From contig MU054187.1 in NCBI GenBank assembly GCA_013239625.1, positions 7,722,358-7,786,357 of the forward strand: 64,000 nucleotides of DNA, given 5' to 3'. This DNA comes from Lama guanicoe. Taxonomy: Eukaryota. This document shows positions 11,831 through 25,420 of this stretch, piece after piece (within the stretch, counting starts at the first letter, position 1; the number at the start of each line of letters is the position of its first letter). Both the position numbers and the translations under genes were made by a program. A model generated the notes under the pieces. It ran no database searches and was not told where the DNA came from. It was given only the letters and a program-made list of their open reading frames with translations.

Positions 11831-14800
11831 CTTTTTAACGTTGATCTGGAATTAGCGGCACGTCCATGGTTTATCTTTTACTGCAAATGACAACTTTTAA
11901 AGAACTTTAATTTTATCTTACACCCCACATAGCATCTTCTGCCTTAGTGTGTTTCAGGATGAAGCTCACACTGAATCGGCAAAGAGGAAAGAGCGAAGGA
12001 TACCGAGCTGGTGGGAAAGGTTGGACCACGTGCTCCGTCTCATGGTTCTGAGCCAAGAGGGAAGGGGCAGAGCAAAGGGGCAAATACAGAAAGATCTATT
12101 TGCTCGCAGTCGTGCCCCACCTGCGGAAGCATGCTGAAGAGGCCTGGAGACATGATTAGCCTCTCTTGCTACCTTCTGCAAGCTCGAGTGGCCAGGCTTG
12201 GCAAGATGTCGTGCTTTGCTGCTACAACGACAGCGCCCACAGTGGCCTGGGAAAAAATCGGAAGTGAAGTTGATAACGCAGGGAATAAGTGAACGCTGGC
12301 TGCCGGGGCAGGACACTCCAGGTGGTCACTGGACGATACGATGTGGTTTGGGTTCGACAGGGTGACTTCGAAGACGCCTCGTTTCTCTGATTCTCTGATG
12401 GTCAATGAAACACCACACCTTGGCTAGAGCTACGTTTTCTTGGTTTGCCTTGTTTAATCCGATCTCCCTTGCTTCTTCTTTTCCCATAGCTTGTCTCCAG
12501 GTTTTAAGGACCTCTTTGGTGTCTGCACCTTCTTTTCCATCACTTCTGTTCCCATTCAGCCTCATTTGTCTTCCTATTTCCCTTTTTTTCCCTTGCCATT
12601 TGGATACCTGTCATATACCTACCCCCAGGGGCCCACATGGCAGCGTCCTCAATTCCTGGAATGCCTAATTTTACCCACTATTTTGGAGATGGGGCTAGAT
12701 TTCCTTAAAAGAGAAAAAAAAAAAAAGATCCCTGATGCTGCCTGTTTCCATCCCTAAGGCTCAAATAATTGAAAAGACTATTGTCTGAGGAAAGATCATT
12801 TCTAATGAGCGATACACAAGGAAGAAAATCTGATCTTCCCAAGCGAAATTCCTGACGAACCATAAACTCCGCAAGAAAGACGCAGAGCACTTCTCTCATG
12901 GTGCCCAAGGTACCACGTCTCTAAGCTGACATCATAGGAAAGCCTTTGTGCATAAGTAGACTGTGTGTTAATAAAATAATATTTATGATTCAGCCTTTTT
13001 TTCCTTTTAAGTATCAAGCTGTATCCTAGAGGAACAAAAATAAAAGAAGTTGATGTCTACAATATAACTATTAAGGGGGAATTTGCTCCACTGTTATTTG
13101 GATGTAATTGGTACTGAGCATCACAATGCACTTGTAATTGGGTCTGTCCTTGTTCACTTCAAGGGTTCCATGCGATTTCTACTTGAACCCATTTTTTTGA
13201 TACCGTTCAGCTCAGCAGTGCCAGCTAACTCTTGTTATGTAGTTGAAAAACTGTGGCCATTAAAAATAGGATACAGTGTGATTTTGTTTTGCAGCACTGC
13301 ATGGAAAATCAGTTGCTGTTCATAACAGCTCTGTGGTTGGTTGATTTAAAGCAGGGGGGTGACTTGGAATTGACAAGCAGACAGTTTGTGAAAAGGGATA
13401 TTGTATCTTTAAGGCTTTCTGACTGATTGTGTTTAACTGCGCCACGCAGCAGGCAGTAATTAGGCTGTAGCTTCACCGAGAGGCTTAAAGCACCAGCTCT
13501 GGTTCTCAGTTCTTCAGATTTTGTTTTAAAGCACAAACATTTTTTTGGATTTGAATCCATGATAATTTTTTTTAAAACCGTGAGAGCGTGTGTAAGTGAG
13601 CAAATGAAAAGCTGACCCCAGAGGCTTTCTGTACAGACCATCTCTGGGGACCGCCCTGCGCTGATGGACTCTCGGGAGACCAGGCGGCCGCCCTGGGAAG
13701 CGGTGAACATGGGGATAGCAGCACATGATGCTGGAGAAGGTCAAGGTGCTCTTGAAATGAAAGGAAGGCAGCTCTGAGAACATGACATGGTTTCTTCTGG
13801 CCCAGTTCACAATGTTAATGAGACTAGTTGAAGCATGCTTCTAAGATTAATAGACAAAATGCCTGATAATTTTTATTTAGGGGAATGAGAATTTTTCCTT
13901 CAGCTAGGCTACGAAGTAGAAAAGAGAGTATGTTACAGAAGCAAATCAATTAAGCCATTCGTTTCAGGAATGATTTCCATCCACTGCTCTGCCTCCCTGA
14001 TTGCCCCCTCCCACCTCTTAAAATACCCCATTGCTGTTTTGAAAAATGGTAAACATTGTCATCATTATTTGGTGAAGTCGAGTTTCAAGTTTTTCAGACA
14101 TTTGTTATCACAGAGGAGCAGTTGGCAGATTTTATGCTGACCTTATAAAAAATGAACGTTCAATTACTGGATTGACCAAGGTAGCTGTCTTCATTATCAA
14201 TCAGACCACAGAGGCTGAGTCCCAGCTTTGTGCAAGATGCTATACCAGGAGCTGTGAGAGAGAACATTTGTTCTGGAAACGTACTTGTGGTCTTGCCTGA
14301 CACTATGTATAAACTTCTCTTCCTTTTCCTAATTATCTGGGTGAGTTATTCCATTTAGGTTTGGGTATCATTTAATTCTTAAATTACTATGTATGTTGTT
14401 CTTTTTTCTTATTAAGTCAGTTCTTTTTTTAAACCTTTCTGACTTTCTTACTGATGCTTGTAAGTATCTTTACGTATCCATTTCTGTAGATTACAAACAT
14501 GTACCAATTATAGACATTTTTGGTTTTAAATAATAACTCCTCATATTTGTGGATCACTTCAGAGTTTTTGACATGTTTTACCCCACACAGTGTCCTTTGG
14601 GCCTCCCTACTCCATCCTGAGAGGGGTAGAGTCAGTGACAGCATGACATCACTTAAGAAGCTTGGGAGCTGGACTTTGGAAGGGGGTTGGGTTAGGACTC
14701 AAGTTTGCTGGATTTCTGCTTTTCTCACTGTAACATGGTATATATTCAACCCCAGAATGAAGCATTGTCTAACTTAAGAGTAATAGAAACATTTCGAGAT

Positions 14801-16890
14801 AACTTTTCCTGTCAATAGTGGCTTAAAATCAACGATAGGCCACCAGAAGGAGATTCTGAATTTTTAAAAGTTGCTTCTACCAGCTTTAAGCCAATGTTTG
14901 TACTTTATAGAGTTTCAGGTGTGCAGAAGCATCCTTTCCTCTTGGTTTTGATTTCTTTTTTTTTTTTTTTGGACTGCCTTGAAGATAAATTACTTTAATC
15001 TACAGACTAAGTTGCCTTGATGTACTGATCTTTCTCAACATGCTTTGTCCTAAGGTTAGTCCTTCTTTGAAAGATTTGATCTAAGTAAATTATAAATGTG
15101 TATCAAAATCTATTTGCTATTAGTGTAAACACATTCAAAATATATCCCACTATTGCTTTGAAAGAAACAAAGATGAATTCCATTCTGTAGTTCACATTTC
15201 AAATGTGTGTATACACTTTTATATATGTCTGTAGCTAAATGTTGAGGTCAATATTTCTATAAATTCCTAAGGTGGATTCATTTTGCAGTGCTGATAAATG
15301 CTCCTTGGAATTAGGATGTACAGAAGATCAAAGATTAAATTGCAATTTTTTTTCCAAAGTGACAATGAGCCTAATTCACTGTCAGTTAATGCCAGGTGTT
15401 TCTCCCCTAGTATTAAGTTCTTCAAAACAGTGGCTGCATAGGACACCATTCACAGAGGCTTAAGCGCTGGGGAGAAAATGATTACATTAAATCGAATGAT
15501 ATGAATAATTCATGACATCACATTTTGTAATCCTGGTGTTAAGCATAAAACCAGTGGTTTATTTTTCAGCAAAATGTTTTTGTATCATTTTAGATAGTGC
15601 ATAATGCAAAACAATAACTGCATACATAATGCAAGAAGGATGGTGGTGAATAGGGTCCTTAATAGTGCCTGCAGCATCATCTGGGGTGTGATCACAATAA
15701 ACACATTTTGAGCCAATGCCCAGGGGTGCCCAACGCTTGCTGGAATCTTCTGAGTCCAATAGAATGGCTGCCTTTTAATTTGTTTTTGAATATTACACCT
15801 GACCTTTACCACGGATCTGAAAGTCAGTCCTTGTATATTGCTAAAACTACAAATCCTTTTGTCCCCTTCTTTCAGCGTACTAGGAGGGCAATTCTATTGG
15901 GGGTAAATAACGGATTTTTTAAATGACGTTTGATTTTCCAATATGGAGTTGGAAATACTAGGAAAATCCATAAAGTCTGAACTAACGTCCTTCAATAGAG
16001 GGCTTAAATATTCTGGGATAAAATGCCAGTTATTTAGCAATTCAGCCAGGTACCTATTAGGAATGCCATTTAAATCTCTGAGGCTAAATAAATGATTCCT
16101 TGTCTTTTTTGAATCTTCTCCCTGTTTCTTAGAAAAAACCCATCTTTTCTTTATCATTGTCAAAGGAGATTGAAGGTGGCCCTGAAAACCTCCATGAAGC
16201 GGTTTCCAGGTCATGTGCACTGCAGCAATACTCCAACATGAGTCTGATTATTCTGCTGCATTTCAGGCTGAAATAATTGTGTACCTGGACCATCTGCGGC
16301 TGCCTTTTCCAGCACCTTCCTGTGGACAGCTCCAGGGCACTCTCTGGAAGCCAGAATGGACTCCTGCTGATTCGCCCACATATTTGTCTTGAATGAAAGA
16401 ATGGTGTGTGCTAGTGGATTTCAAAGCTTTTCACAAACCATCTCCACATCTGAAGTCTCAAGAGTTTATGTCAAGCATTTGTATTACTTACAACTAATTA
16501 AATATACCATCCATGTTTTATGACATGAACACATCTGCTGATCATGTTGTAAATAACCTATGTTATTATTTATGTAAAACAATGCATTCGTAAATAATGG
16601 TTGGTCAGTAACCTTGAAATCCTGACCTATTTATAATAGATATTAATGATCACATGCATAGAAAATAATTTGTTTTTAGACATTTCTTCACAAAAGGATA
16701 ATTTGGAAGCATGTTCAAGTGTTTGGCTTCAATATATTTATTTACTGTGGCCCCAAGAATATTGTTTAAATTCCCATCTTTAGGATTTTAAGCAGACCGC
16801 TAAAATGGGTACATGATGATGATGTTGTTGGGGGAAAATTAAGTGATTTAGCATATAGAAGTACACTACAATGCTTTGTTTAGAATGTTT

Positions 16891-16931
16891 AATAATAATA
16901 ATGATAATAATAATAATAATAATAATAATAA
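16891..16931 (+). repeat. (AAT)n microsatellite
   Basis: Direct reading; one GAT interruption. Confidence 0.95.
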
Positions 16932-17569
16932 AAGACCTTGATGACCAATTCAAGGGTGTGGAAATGAGAACACTGTAGTTTGAGTCTAGAAATGCTGAGA
17001 TGCATGATACAGGGTAGCTAGAGATCTGTTCTTCTTGGAAGCAGATATAAATTACCTAAATCTAACTGAAAGCAGAAATCCAGCTGTAAAAGAATTGATA
17101 TTCTTCTGAGGAGTGCAAATTCCATGTTAAAGATCCAAAAAAGAATCCTATTATGTAAGACTCAGCCAGTGGAATATGAGCAGAATTTGTTTTTTTCCCT
17201 CCACCCGCATGCTTCTTATTTCTATAGTCCCTTCTAAAGTTACCCATTTCTTGATGACTGGTTGGTGATGATGGTGTGATCACGGGAAGACCTGCTCATC
17301 CTGCTCTGACCATCCCCAAGCTGTAGCGCAGCTGATCTCTTAGGGGACAAAGATCTTAGGGCTCCCCTTTTGCCTGTTTCTTCTCTGGTTTGTGGAAACA
17401 CTAATTTCTTTTTGGTATAGCCTGTCAAAAATAAGAGAAGAATTGTGCATGGTGTAATTTCAATTCTGAGTACAGAGAATGATGGAAACATTGCTAAAAT
17501 AAAAGCCTATTTATCCAAATAGCAAATATTTCCATTTTTCCTTTAATATACCTAGCTATCCTACACTGG

Positions 17570-17740
17570 ACAAAACAGAACACAAGTTCCAGTGCCAATT
17601 TGGCCACTTATCAGCTGTGTGAATTCGGGAAAATCTATGGGTAGCTCGGAACTTCATCTACCTCCTCCATAAAATGGGAATAGAGCAGCTATCCTGGGTT
17701 TCTTATGGGGGGGAAAATGAAATAATGTACAGGAGAATAT
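17570..17740 (+). mobile_element. MIR SINE fragment
   Basis: gccacttatcagctgtgtgaattcggg...ctccataaaatgggaatag resembles MIR. Confidence 0.65.
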
Positions 17741-18960
17741 TCTAGGATACTTTTCTATGGAAATAATGATGTTAGCTCTTTAAAGGATTGTTTTTTTGTC
17801 AAGTAATAGGTTATTAAAGATTTACTTAAAATAAATTTGTTCAAAAAAACAAAAACCACAAAACCATTAGGACGTTTATCTATATATTTAAACTGTTAAG
17901 CAAGCCAAATCAGCACTGTGGGCTTTCCATGTGTGTCTGGCTTTCTCACACTTTAATGCATAACCTTGAAAGGAATAAAATTTGCTGAGTTGGCTCTTTC
18001 CCTGACTCCCCAGAACATATGTCAATGGAGCAACAGAGAATTAGCTGTATCGAAAAGAAGGATAGTTGAGTGGAAGCTTGTTCAATAATTAATCCGCTGA
18101 GTAACTGTATGAATATTTGATAAATATTTAGTCAACTCTGTGCATCATGCAGCATTGGTTGCATACCAAAGAATTTGCAAAGGTAAAAACTGCCAGTCAC
18201 AGGCAGCAGAGATCACAAGCCAGAGATGTGCAAGTTAATCCACATAAGATAAATCCAAAAATACAAATCCGTGACTATCCACACAATATTTTGGGAAGGT
18301 GAGAGGAGGGCATTACCCTGTTCTCTGCAGTTCTTTGAAAGTGTATTTGGCATCATTTTGCTTTAATAGCTGCCTGCCTGCTTATGTGTGTGAGGTAAAA
18401 TATTCTGATGCATACATGAAATAGAATTGTAAAATAACGACCCAATGTCCTCTTGAAATGAATTCTATGATGCTAGGAAAGCATGGGTGGGTGAGCCACT
18501 GCTATATACTGAATGGAAACAGAAATTGCTTCAGCATCTAGAGAAAAGACATCTGAATTCAACTTAATAAACATTTATTAATTCTTTGGGCTGTCTAATG
18601 CAGACTGCACAGAGAAGAGACTGATGTGTGTGACTCTTCTGAGTGCAGGGTATGTAAAATTAAATCTGTGCAGCAAAAATAAGTAAGTAAAAAAAAAGAA
18701 GATGATCTCTGATTTCTGGAAAGATCCTATTTTGTATTTAAAATTAAAAAATTTCCATTTTCCTATTTACTCACCCTTGAATTGTGTTCTGATATGAATT
18801 CTTAGTGAAATCCTCACAAACCTTTAAAAACCTCTCCAGAGATTTCAAGATCTCCTTTTGCAGTAGTTCACAGGCCATCCCTCAGTTAATTCCGGGTCCT
18901 CTGCTTTCGTGAGGGTGGGTGTGATTACTCACAAACAGGAGGTGCAAGTGGCTTTTCTTC

Positions 18961-18980
18961 TTGGCACCCCCTGCTGGCCA
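18961..18980 (-). promoter_or_regulatory. Candidate CTCF binding site
   Basis: Reverse complement TGGCCAGCAGGGGGTGCCAA closely matches the CTCF core consensus (TGGCCA[C/G]CAGGGGGCGC). Confidence 0.65.
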
Positions 18981-19038
18981 GAGTAGCACTAATGATGGGT
19001 CCACAGAGGCCTCATCTCTCTTTTAGCTCATGTGAACT

Positions 19039-19052
19039 GTTGCCATGGCAGC
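19039..19052. promoter_or_regulatory. Candidate RFX X-box
   Basis: GTTGCCATGGCAGC is 13/14 identical to the palindromic X-box GTTGCCATGGCAAC. Confidence 0.5.
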
Positions 19053-19371
19053 TAGGACAATTAAAAAAAAAAATAGGTTAGCCTACAGGCTACAGCATGT
19101 GAAAGAAAGAGATGACCCCAAATGAGGTGCTGGAATGAAATGCCTCCAGGATTGACCCTCAGACACAGAAGATTGATCTTGCAGGAAAGTGTTCTATCTG
19201 GATGTGCTCACAGGAACTGTGTTCTGTTCCTTAATTATGGTTCCTTGTCCATAACACTAGACTTCAATTCTCTGTTTCCCTATTACACTCCTCTTTTACA
19301 CAAAGTGAAAACAGACTGAACAACAGCAAACACAGAGACAGTAAGAAATGTCGTTGACAATGTTAGAACTA

Positions 19372-20970
19372 GTTCATGGGTTGGAAGACTAATCTCGTTA
19401 AGATGGCAATGCCCCCCAAATTGAGCTACAGATACAATGCAATCCCTGTCAGAATCTCAGGTGGCTTTCTTGTAGGAATTAGCAAGCTGATTCTAAAATT
19501 CATATAAAATTGGGGATTCAAAGTAGCCAAAACAATTTTGAAAAAGAAGAAGAGAATTGGAGGACTCACACTTCCTAACTTCAAAACTTAACTACAAAGC
19601 AACAGTAGTCAAGACAGTGTGGTTCTGACACATGTAGATTGATGGAACTGAGAATCCAGAAATAAACCCATGTGTCCACAGTCAACGGATTTCCAACAAG
19701 GGTGCCAAAACCATCGAATGGACAGAAAATAGCCTTTTGAATAAACAGCCACATGAAAAAGAAGTACGACCCTTACCTCACACCATATACAAAAATCAAT
19801 TCATTATAGATCAGAATCTGCCTCCTTAGCACACTAGGCAGCATGTCAGTCTCATAATAGATCAGAAACTCAAATGTAAGAGCTAAAACTATAAAGCTCT
19901 TAGAATAAACTATAAGAGTAAATATTCATGACCTTGGATTAGGCAGTGAATTCTTAGATATGACACTAAAAGCATGAGCAATATATTGGACAATATCTAA
20001 ATTAAAAATATTTGTGCTTCACACAAGTGAAAAAACAAAAAAATGGGGAAATATTTATAAATCATATGTCTAATAATAGGCTTGTATCTAGAATATATAA
20101 AGAACTCTTGCAACTCAATAATAAAAAGACAAATAGACCAGTTAATAATGGGCAAAGGGCTGAATAGATGTTTTTCCAGTGAAGATATAAGAATGGCCAA
20201 TAAGCACATGAAAAGATTTTGGAGACCATTAGTCATCAGCGAAATATGAATCAAAACTACAAGATACTGCTTCACGCCAATTAGGATGGCTAGGATTAAA
20301 AAAAAAATCAGACAACAAGTTGCTGGCAAGGATGTGTAGAAATCAGAACCCTCATACATCTACTCATGGAAATGTAAAATGGTGCAGCCCCTTTGGAAAA
20401 CACTCTGGCAATTTCTTAAATCGTTAACATAGACCCAGAAATTCTGCTCCTAGGTATGTTCCCAAGAGAAATGAAAACATATGTCCAAATAAAAACTTGT
20501 ACGGTAATGTTTATGCAATGTTATTAAGAATTGCCTAAAGGAGCAAACAACCCAAACATACACCAATGAATGAATGCATGAACAAAATCCATACAATGGA
20601 ATATTATTCAGCTATAAAAAGGAATGGGGTACTGATACCTTTACAGCATAAATGAACCTTGAAAAGCTAGTGCTAAGTGAAGGAAGCCAGTCACAAAAGG
20701 CTACATATTATATGATTCCATTTAAATAAAATGTCCAGAAGAAGCAACTCTATGGAGAAACAGAGTACATGAGTGGTTGCTTGGAACTGGAGGGGATGAA
20801 GGATGGGTGACATTACAAGCTTTCTTTTAAGATGATCAAAATGTTCTAAAATTGGCTGGGGTAATGTTTTCACATATCTGTGAATATGCAAAAAAAACCC
20901 ATTGGAATGTACATTTTAAATGTGTGAATTATACGGTATTTAAATTATATCTCAATAAAGCTGTTAAAAA
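19372..20970 (+). mobile_element. Old L1 (L1MB/L1MC-like), 3' ORF2 plus 3' UTR
   Basis: gttcatgggttggaagactaat..., ggaggactcacacttcctaacttcaaaactta..., ending ttatatctcaataaagctgttaaaaa. Multiple internal deletions and frameshifts. Confidence 0.92.
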
Positions 20971-21344
20971 TGAAATGGCTTTTACAATATTAGAATCAGT
21001 TTACACAAAAAGAGGGCCAACTCTCATCCAAACTGCATCTCCATGTTTCCACGATCTTTTCACCCACCTCTCTTTGGAGATTCCTTGATGATGAGCAGCT
21101 ACCTCCTCTACTGCCCTTTCCAGGTGCTGAAATCCTTAGTCCCTTTCAATGTTTCCAGATGCATAGAGCTTGCATTGACGTTCAACCTGTTCTTGTCGGA
21201 AAACTGTTTGAAGCTCCGTGGTTTCCAAGAAAACATTCAGCTGATTTGATAAACTATTCTGAATGAACAGATGAGGAAAGGCTAGAACTCCTTATGGTTC
21301 ACATCCCCTCACAAATGCAGTAATTTAAAAATATGGCTTCTAAA

Positions 21345-21782
21345 TATGCTATGACTAGAGCCTAGAATTTATCTCCCATACCTGTCTCTAAAAAGAAAAG
21401 GAAAGCTAAGAATATACTTTCCAAGTCTCCCTTGCAGCTAGGGGTGATTGTGTTGCACAGTTTGGAGAGCTATAAGCTGAAGTGAGCTGGGGATTCAATG
21501 TTCTGCTTTCCTGATTGGAGGGGCAGACACAGCTGACACAGAAAGCCCCTTTTTCTTTTATCCTGCCTTGAATGTAGATGTGAGTGATGGCACTGCAGCA
21601 TCCATCTTGTCACTCTGGTCATCAGAATTACACAGACACTGGCTTTGACATCTGTGAGCCACTAAAACAGTGTTAATAGCCACCTGTCTTCAGACTTCTC
21701 AGTAGTAAAGAAGTGATTTGCTTAAGCTCTTCATAATCAAGTCTTCTGTAACTGGCAGGTAATAATAATCTTTACTAAAGCA
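21345..21782 (+). mobile_element. MaLR MLT1-family LTR
   Basis: ccaagtctcccttgcagctaggggtg...gcagcatccatcttgtcac...cagacttctc...tctgtaactggcag follows the MLT1I/J/K layout. Confidence 0.65.
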
Positions 21783-22419
21783 TTGTATTTCATGTCTATT
21801 TCTACAGAATGAAGGGAATTTCAGGCTTTATAGTGAAAGGAAAATTAGAATAAATAGAATAGTGGAAAAATGTTTTGTAACAGATGATCATATACAATAT
21901 ATTATAATATACTTAATGTTTGCATAGGAAATCCTAGAATTATATTAGCTTCTTTCTTAATCATTTTAGTTTCATAAATGCACTTTATATGAGTATAAGG
22001 GAGTACAAAGAGGACTAAACCTAGAATTAAGAGGCTAAATTCAAATTTTAACTCCCTTTATTAGTCTGTTTCCTTTTCATTACCATAGTCCAAGTCCCTA
22101 AAATAATGCATGAAAAATAGTGGGTAACTGATCAATAATTTTCTAAGAATAATGCATACTGTGTGTGTAATGGATATAAACACAACTCCTTTTAGATTTA
22201 AAAGATGTTACACATATCAATTACAGAATCATAAGCTCTCAGCTAGAAAGGTCAACCACAGATGAGAAAACCAGGATTTTGAAAATGTAAGATCACTAAG
22301 ACATGGTTTTTTTCTTAGTGTCCGGTGGAAAGACTAATAAAAAAGTAGGCTGACTTTGAGGAAGTCAGGGAAAAACAGAGGATTGAAAGATGGCTGAATG
22401 ATGGCACCTTGATGTAGAA

Positions 22420-22570
22420 GAGTGGTTCCCAGTGGCAGCTTGCGCATGACAGTCACCCAGGAAGGTGACTCTCCTGGGTGGTTTCACATCCACAGACATT
22501 CTGACTTAACTGGTCTGTGATGAGGTCCAGGCATTGATATATTTTGAAACTTCTTCACCTTATCTTATAT
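22420..22570. mobile_element. MER5-like hAT-Charlie MITE
   Basis: agtggttccc...agacattctgacttaactggtctgtgatgaggtccaggcattgatatattttgaaac resembles MER5A. Confidence 0.6.
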
Positions 22571-22609
22571 ACAACCAAGAATGAATGTCACTAGGTTAGG
22601 GGAAAAAAA

Positions 22610-22810
22610 TTACAGACTTTGGAAAAAGCTGCAGCTACATTTGAATTGGTGATTGTCAACTTACTAAGTCACCTTGGACAGTTACTTATTCTCTCTTAGC
22701 TTTAGTTTCCACACCTGTAAAAGTGGGAGGATAATATCTGCTCCATAAAGATATAAAGATTAAATGAGACGATGTGAATATTGTTCCTAAAACGGTGGTC
22801 ACTGAATATT
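22610..22810 (+). mobile_element. MIR SINE
   Basis: ttagtttccacacctgtaaaagtgggaggataata...agattaaatgag resembles MIR. Confidence 0.7.
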
Positions 22811-23639
22811 TAATGTGTGTGAACTACGGTAGGACATTGTTTCAGTGTGGTCCTTTCCATGCTTTGTTGCAGGTCATGAGAAAACCTACAGCCATTGGAA
22901 CTGATGAGAGTCAAGTTAGCCAGTAATGGGCCAATACAATTTCTTTCTGGCTTTGGTGGCACAAGAGCATTATTGTTGGTAGCATCCTAATTTATGTAAT
23001 TCTCTATTTTTTTCTAGAAATTCATAGTTTTCCCAATAAGTGGATATGCAAAAGAATGGAGGGGCCATTGGAGGCCACCTGAATGTCATCTTGAGTCAAC
23101 CTGGTTAAAGGATGCTCATTTATTGAGTTTTAAGAAACTAGAACAAATTTTATTTTCACTTTTTACAAGCTTCCAGGTCCTAGAATTTCATTACAATTTT
23201 CCAGCTAATAGATATTATGGTGCCTGGCATGTAATCAATGCTCAAGATATGTTTTTAATTGAATTGAGTTTTAAGATGGTTCTTTTTTTTTTTTTCCCTC
23301 TACTGACAGTTTTGTTTGCCTCACTATTCTTACCTGGTAGTCTTCCAAGATTGGCAGGTGGAAGCTTTACTTAGCAATAAAAATGCAGGTGACTCTTGTT
23401 CACATTAGCAGTACTAAATTTCTGCCCTTTCACTCTTCAATATTAATTTTACTTTTTGGCTTCATTCGATTGGTTCTTTGAAGCCTGGTTTACCCAGCCA
23501 CTTTGCTCCTAGTTTGAGACCATCTGGCATGTATTCCTTTTTCTTTCCTACTTTTATCTTTGTGTACATCTTCTCTTCATACCTCAAAATATCTTTGGTT
23601 CATCACCTATGTTCTCTTCTTTCCTTTTCTGAAGAAGAG

Positions 23640-25420
23640 CTCCCTCACGCTCCTCCGCCCCATTTCCAGGTCTAACGTCCTCCTGGAACTCTCTCAACTT
23701 TCTCCTCTATGCCTTTGCTTCTGGGAGTGTCACCTGGTGTTTCTCACAGTAAAACACCTTCACCTGTCCTTTTTCATTGGTGTCTCCTCTTGTGCCTTCA
23801 GATGTGTTCAGTTTTCTCTTATTTTACATGCACACAGACACACAAATCAACATCACTAAAACTCCTTTCAGCCTTGATACCCACCTTAAGTTATTGTTCT
23901 GTTTGACTCTTCTTGACATCCTCTTGGCTTTGTTCTCACTTTACCTTTTTAAAAAGTCGAAGTATAGCTGATTTACAATATTATATAAGTTACAGGGTAC
24001 AATACAGTGATTCACAATTTTTAAAGGTTATATTCCATTTATAGTTATTATAAAATATTGGCTCTATTCCCCATGTTGTACAATGTATTCTTGTAGCTTA
24101 TTTTATACCTAATAGTTTGTACCTCTTAATCCTCTACCCTTATATTTCCCCTTCATGTTTTCCTCTCCCCACTGGTAACCACCAGTGAGTTCTCTTCTGT
24201 TTGGGAGTCTGCTTCTCTTCTGTTACATTCACTGTTCATTGTATCTTTTAGAGTCCACAGATAAGTGATATCATACACTATTTGTCTTTGTCTGTCTGAC
24301 TTATTTCACTTAGTATAACACCCTCCAAGTCCATCCATGTTGCTGAAAATTCTCCCTTCACTTTTGTGACTCCTTTTTCCTTTCTTTCCTTATTTTACTT
24401 CTTCCTTTGTCCATGGTTGGATGAAAATAGAAAGATTAAATTCTTATGTATTTAATTTTCTCTCCCCACATCTTCGTGTAGATTTTATTCCTTCTTATGA
24501 TGTCAAATATCAGATCACATGTACACTTCAATTTTTCTTACTCATTCATACTCATTCACGTACTTGCTCATGTGAAACACAAAACAAAATGCATGCATGA
24601 CAATAAGAATGAAAATTAGCTACCTCCCTGTAAAGATAATTTTCTGATCTTTAGCCCCACTGCCTACTGGCTTCTTCACAGTTTCCTGCAATATGTCAAC
24701 AGTCAGGCTAGTTCTCTTGCACCCAAACCTATTTATGCCCCTGCACTGTCATCCCTCTGTGACTTTCCTCTGTTGCTTGGACCCACCCTGTATCTCTTCC
24801 TCGTCTCACCCAGTGTGTCCATCTTATTTCCCTTTCATCATACTCCTTTCTTCTTCCTCTCCCCATGAACACCCTAGTATAAAACTCATGTCTGTCATAG
24901 TGTATGAGTCTCTAAGTGGCTTTTTAGACAAAGTCTTTCCTCCTTTTAGTCTTCCAGCACACAATTTCCAACTTTCCTTCCTCAAAACATAAGCTACATC
25001 TTCTATTCAAAAGTATGGTTAATGACTTTCTGATTGTTCTCAAACTCCTTAACCAATCAGCCATCACCCTCTAGTTCCCCCACTTTTTCCATCTAAATAA
25101 ACCAACCACTTTAGGTGGCTGTAATTTTCAAATTTGTCAAATACATTTCTGCATCTCCTTTCTGTGAGCTAACCTTACGCTTCGTTGCAGCACAAGGTCA
25201 AGTTCCTGGTAGTCCCAGCCCCCACTGACCACACCATCCTTACCTGAGTCCCAGAGCACATGCTGGTTGACACCCTGGTTTGCAGTAATCCCTTTGCATA
25301 TTTAATTGTTTAGTCTTTATGCCTTGTCTCTGGAACAGAACGTAAACTGCTTACTGGTAGGGAACATGTGTGTGTCATGTATGCTATGGGTGAATGTCCA
25401 AGGAACACTTTCTGTCAGTC
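23640..25420 (+). mobile_element. Fragmented L2, interrupted by the L1 at 23946-24350
   Basis: Pyrimidine-rich L2-like text. LTLLDILLAL (ORF 23777-23971) resembles the L2 RT motif LLDLSAAF. Boundaries loose. Confidence 0.45.
23946..24350 (-). mobile_element. Short L1 3' end (cetartiodactyl type)
   Basis: gaagtatagctgatttacaatatt...ctgacttatttcacttagtataacaccctccaagtccatccatgttgctg is antisense L1 3' UTR and ORF2 end. Confidence 0.9.

Noticed and set aside
12320..12365. Pol III A/B-box-like words (tggtcactgg ... gggttcgac)
   Set aside because: Spacing too short, B box incomplete, no cloverleaf or terminator.
13160..13190. Short inverted words (gggttc/gaaccc, ttcaag/cttgaa) as a pre-miRNA
   Set aside because: Stems are only 6 bp, and no known mature miRNA was recognised.
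19997..20359. 120-aa minus-strand ORF
   Set aside because: Antisense reading of L1.
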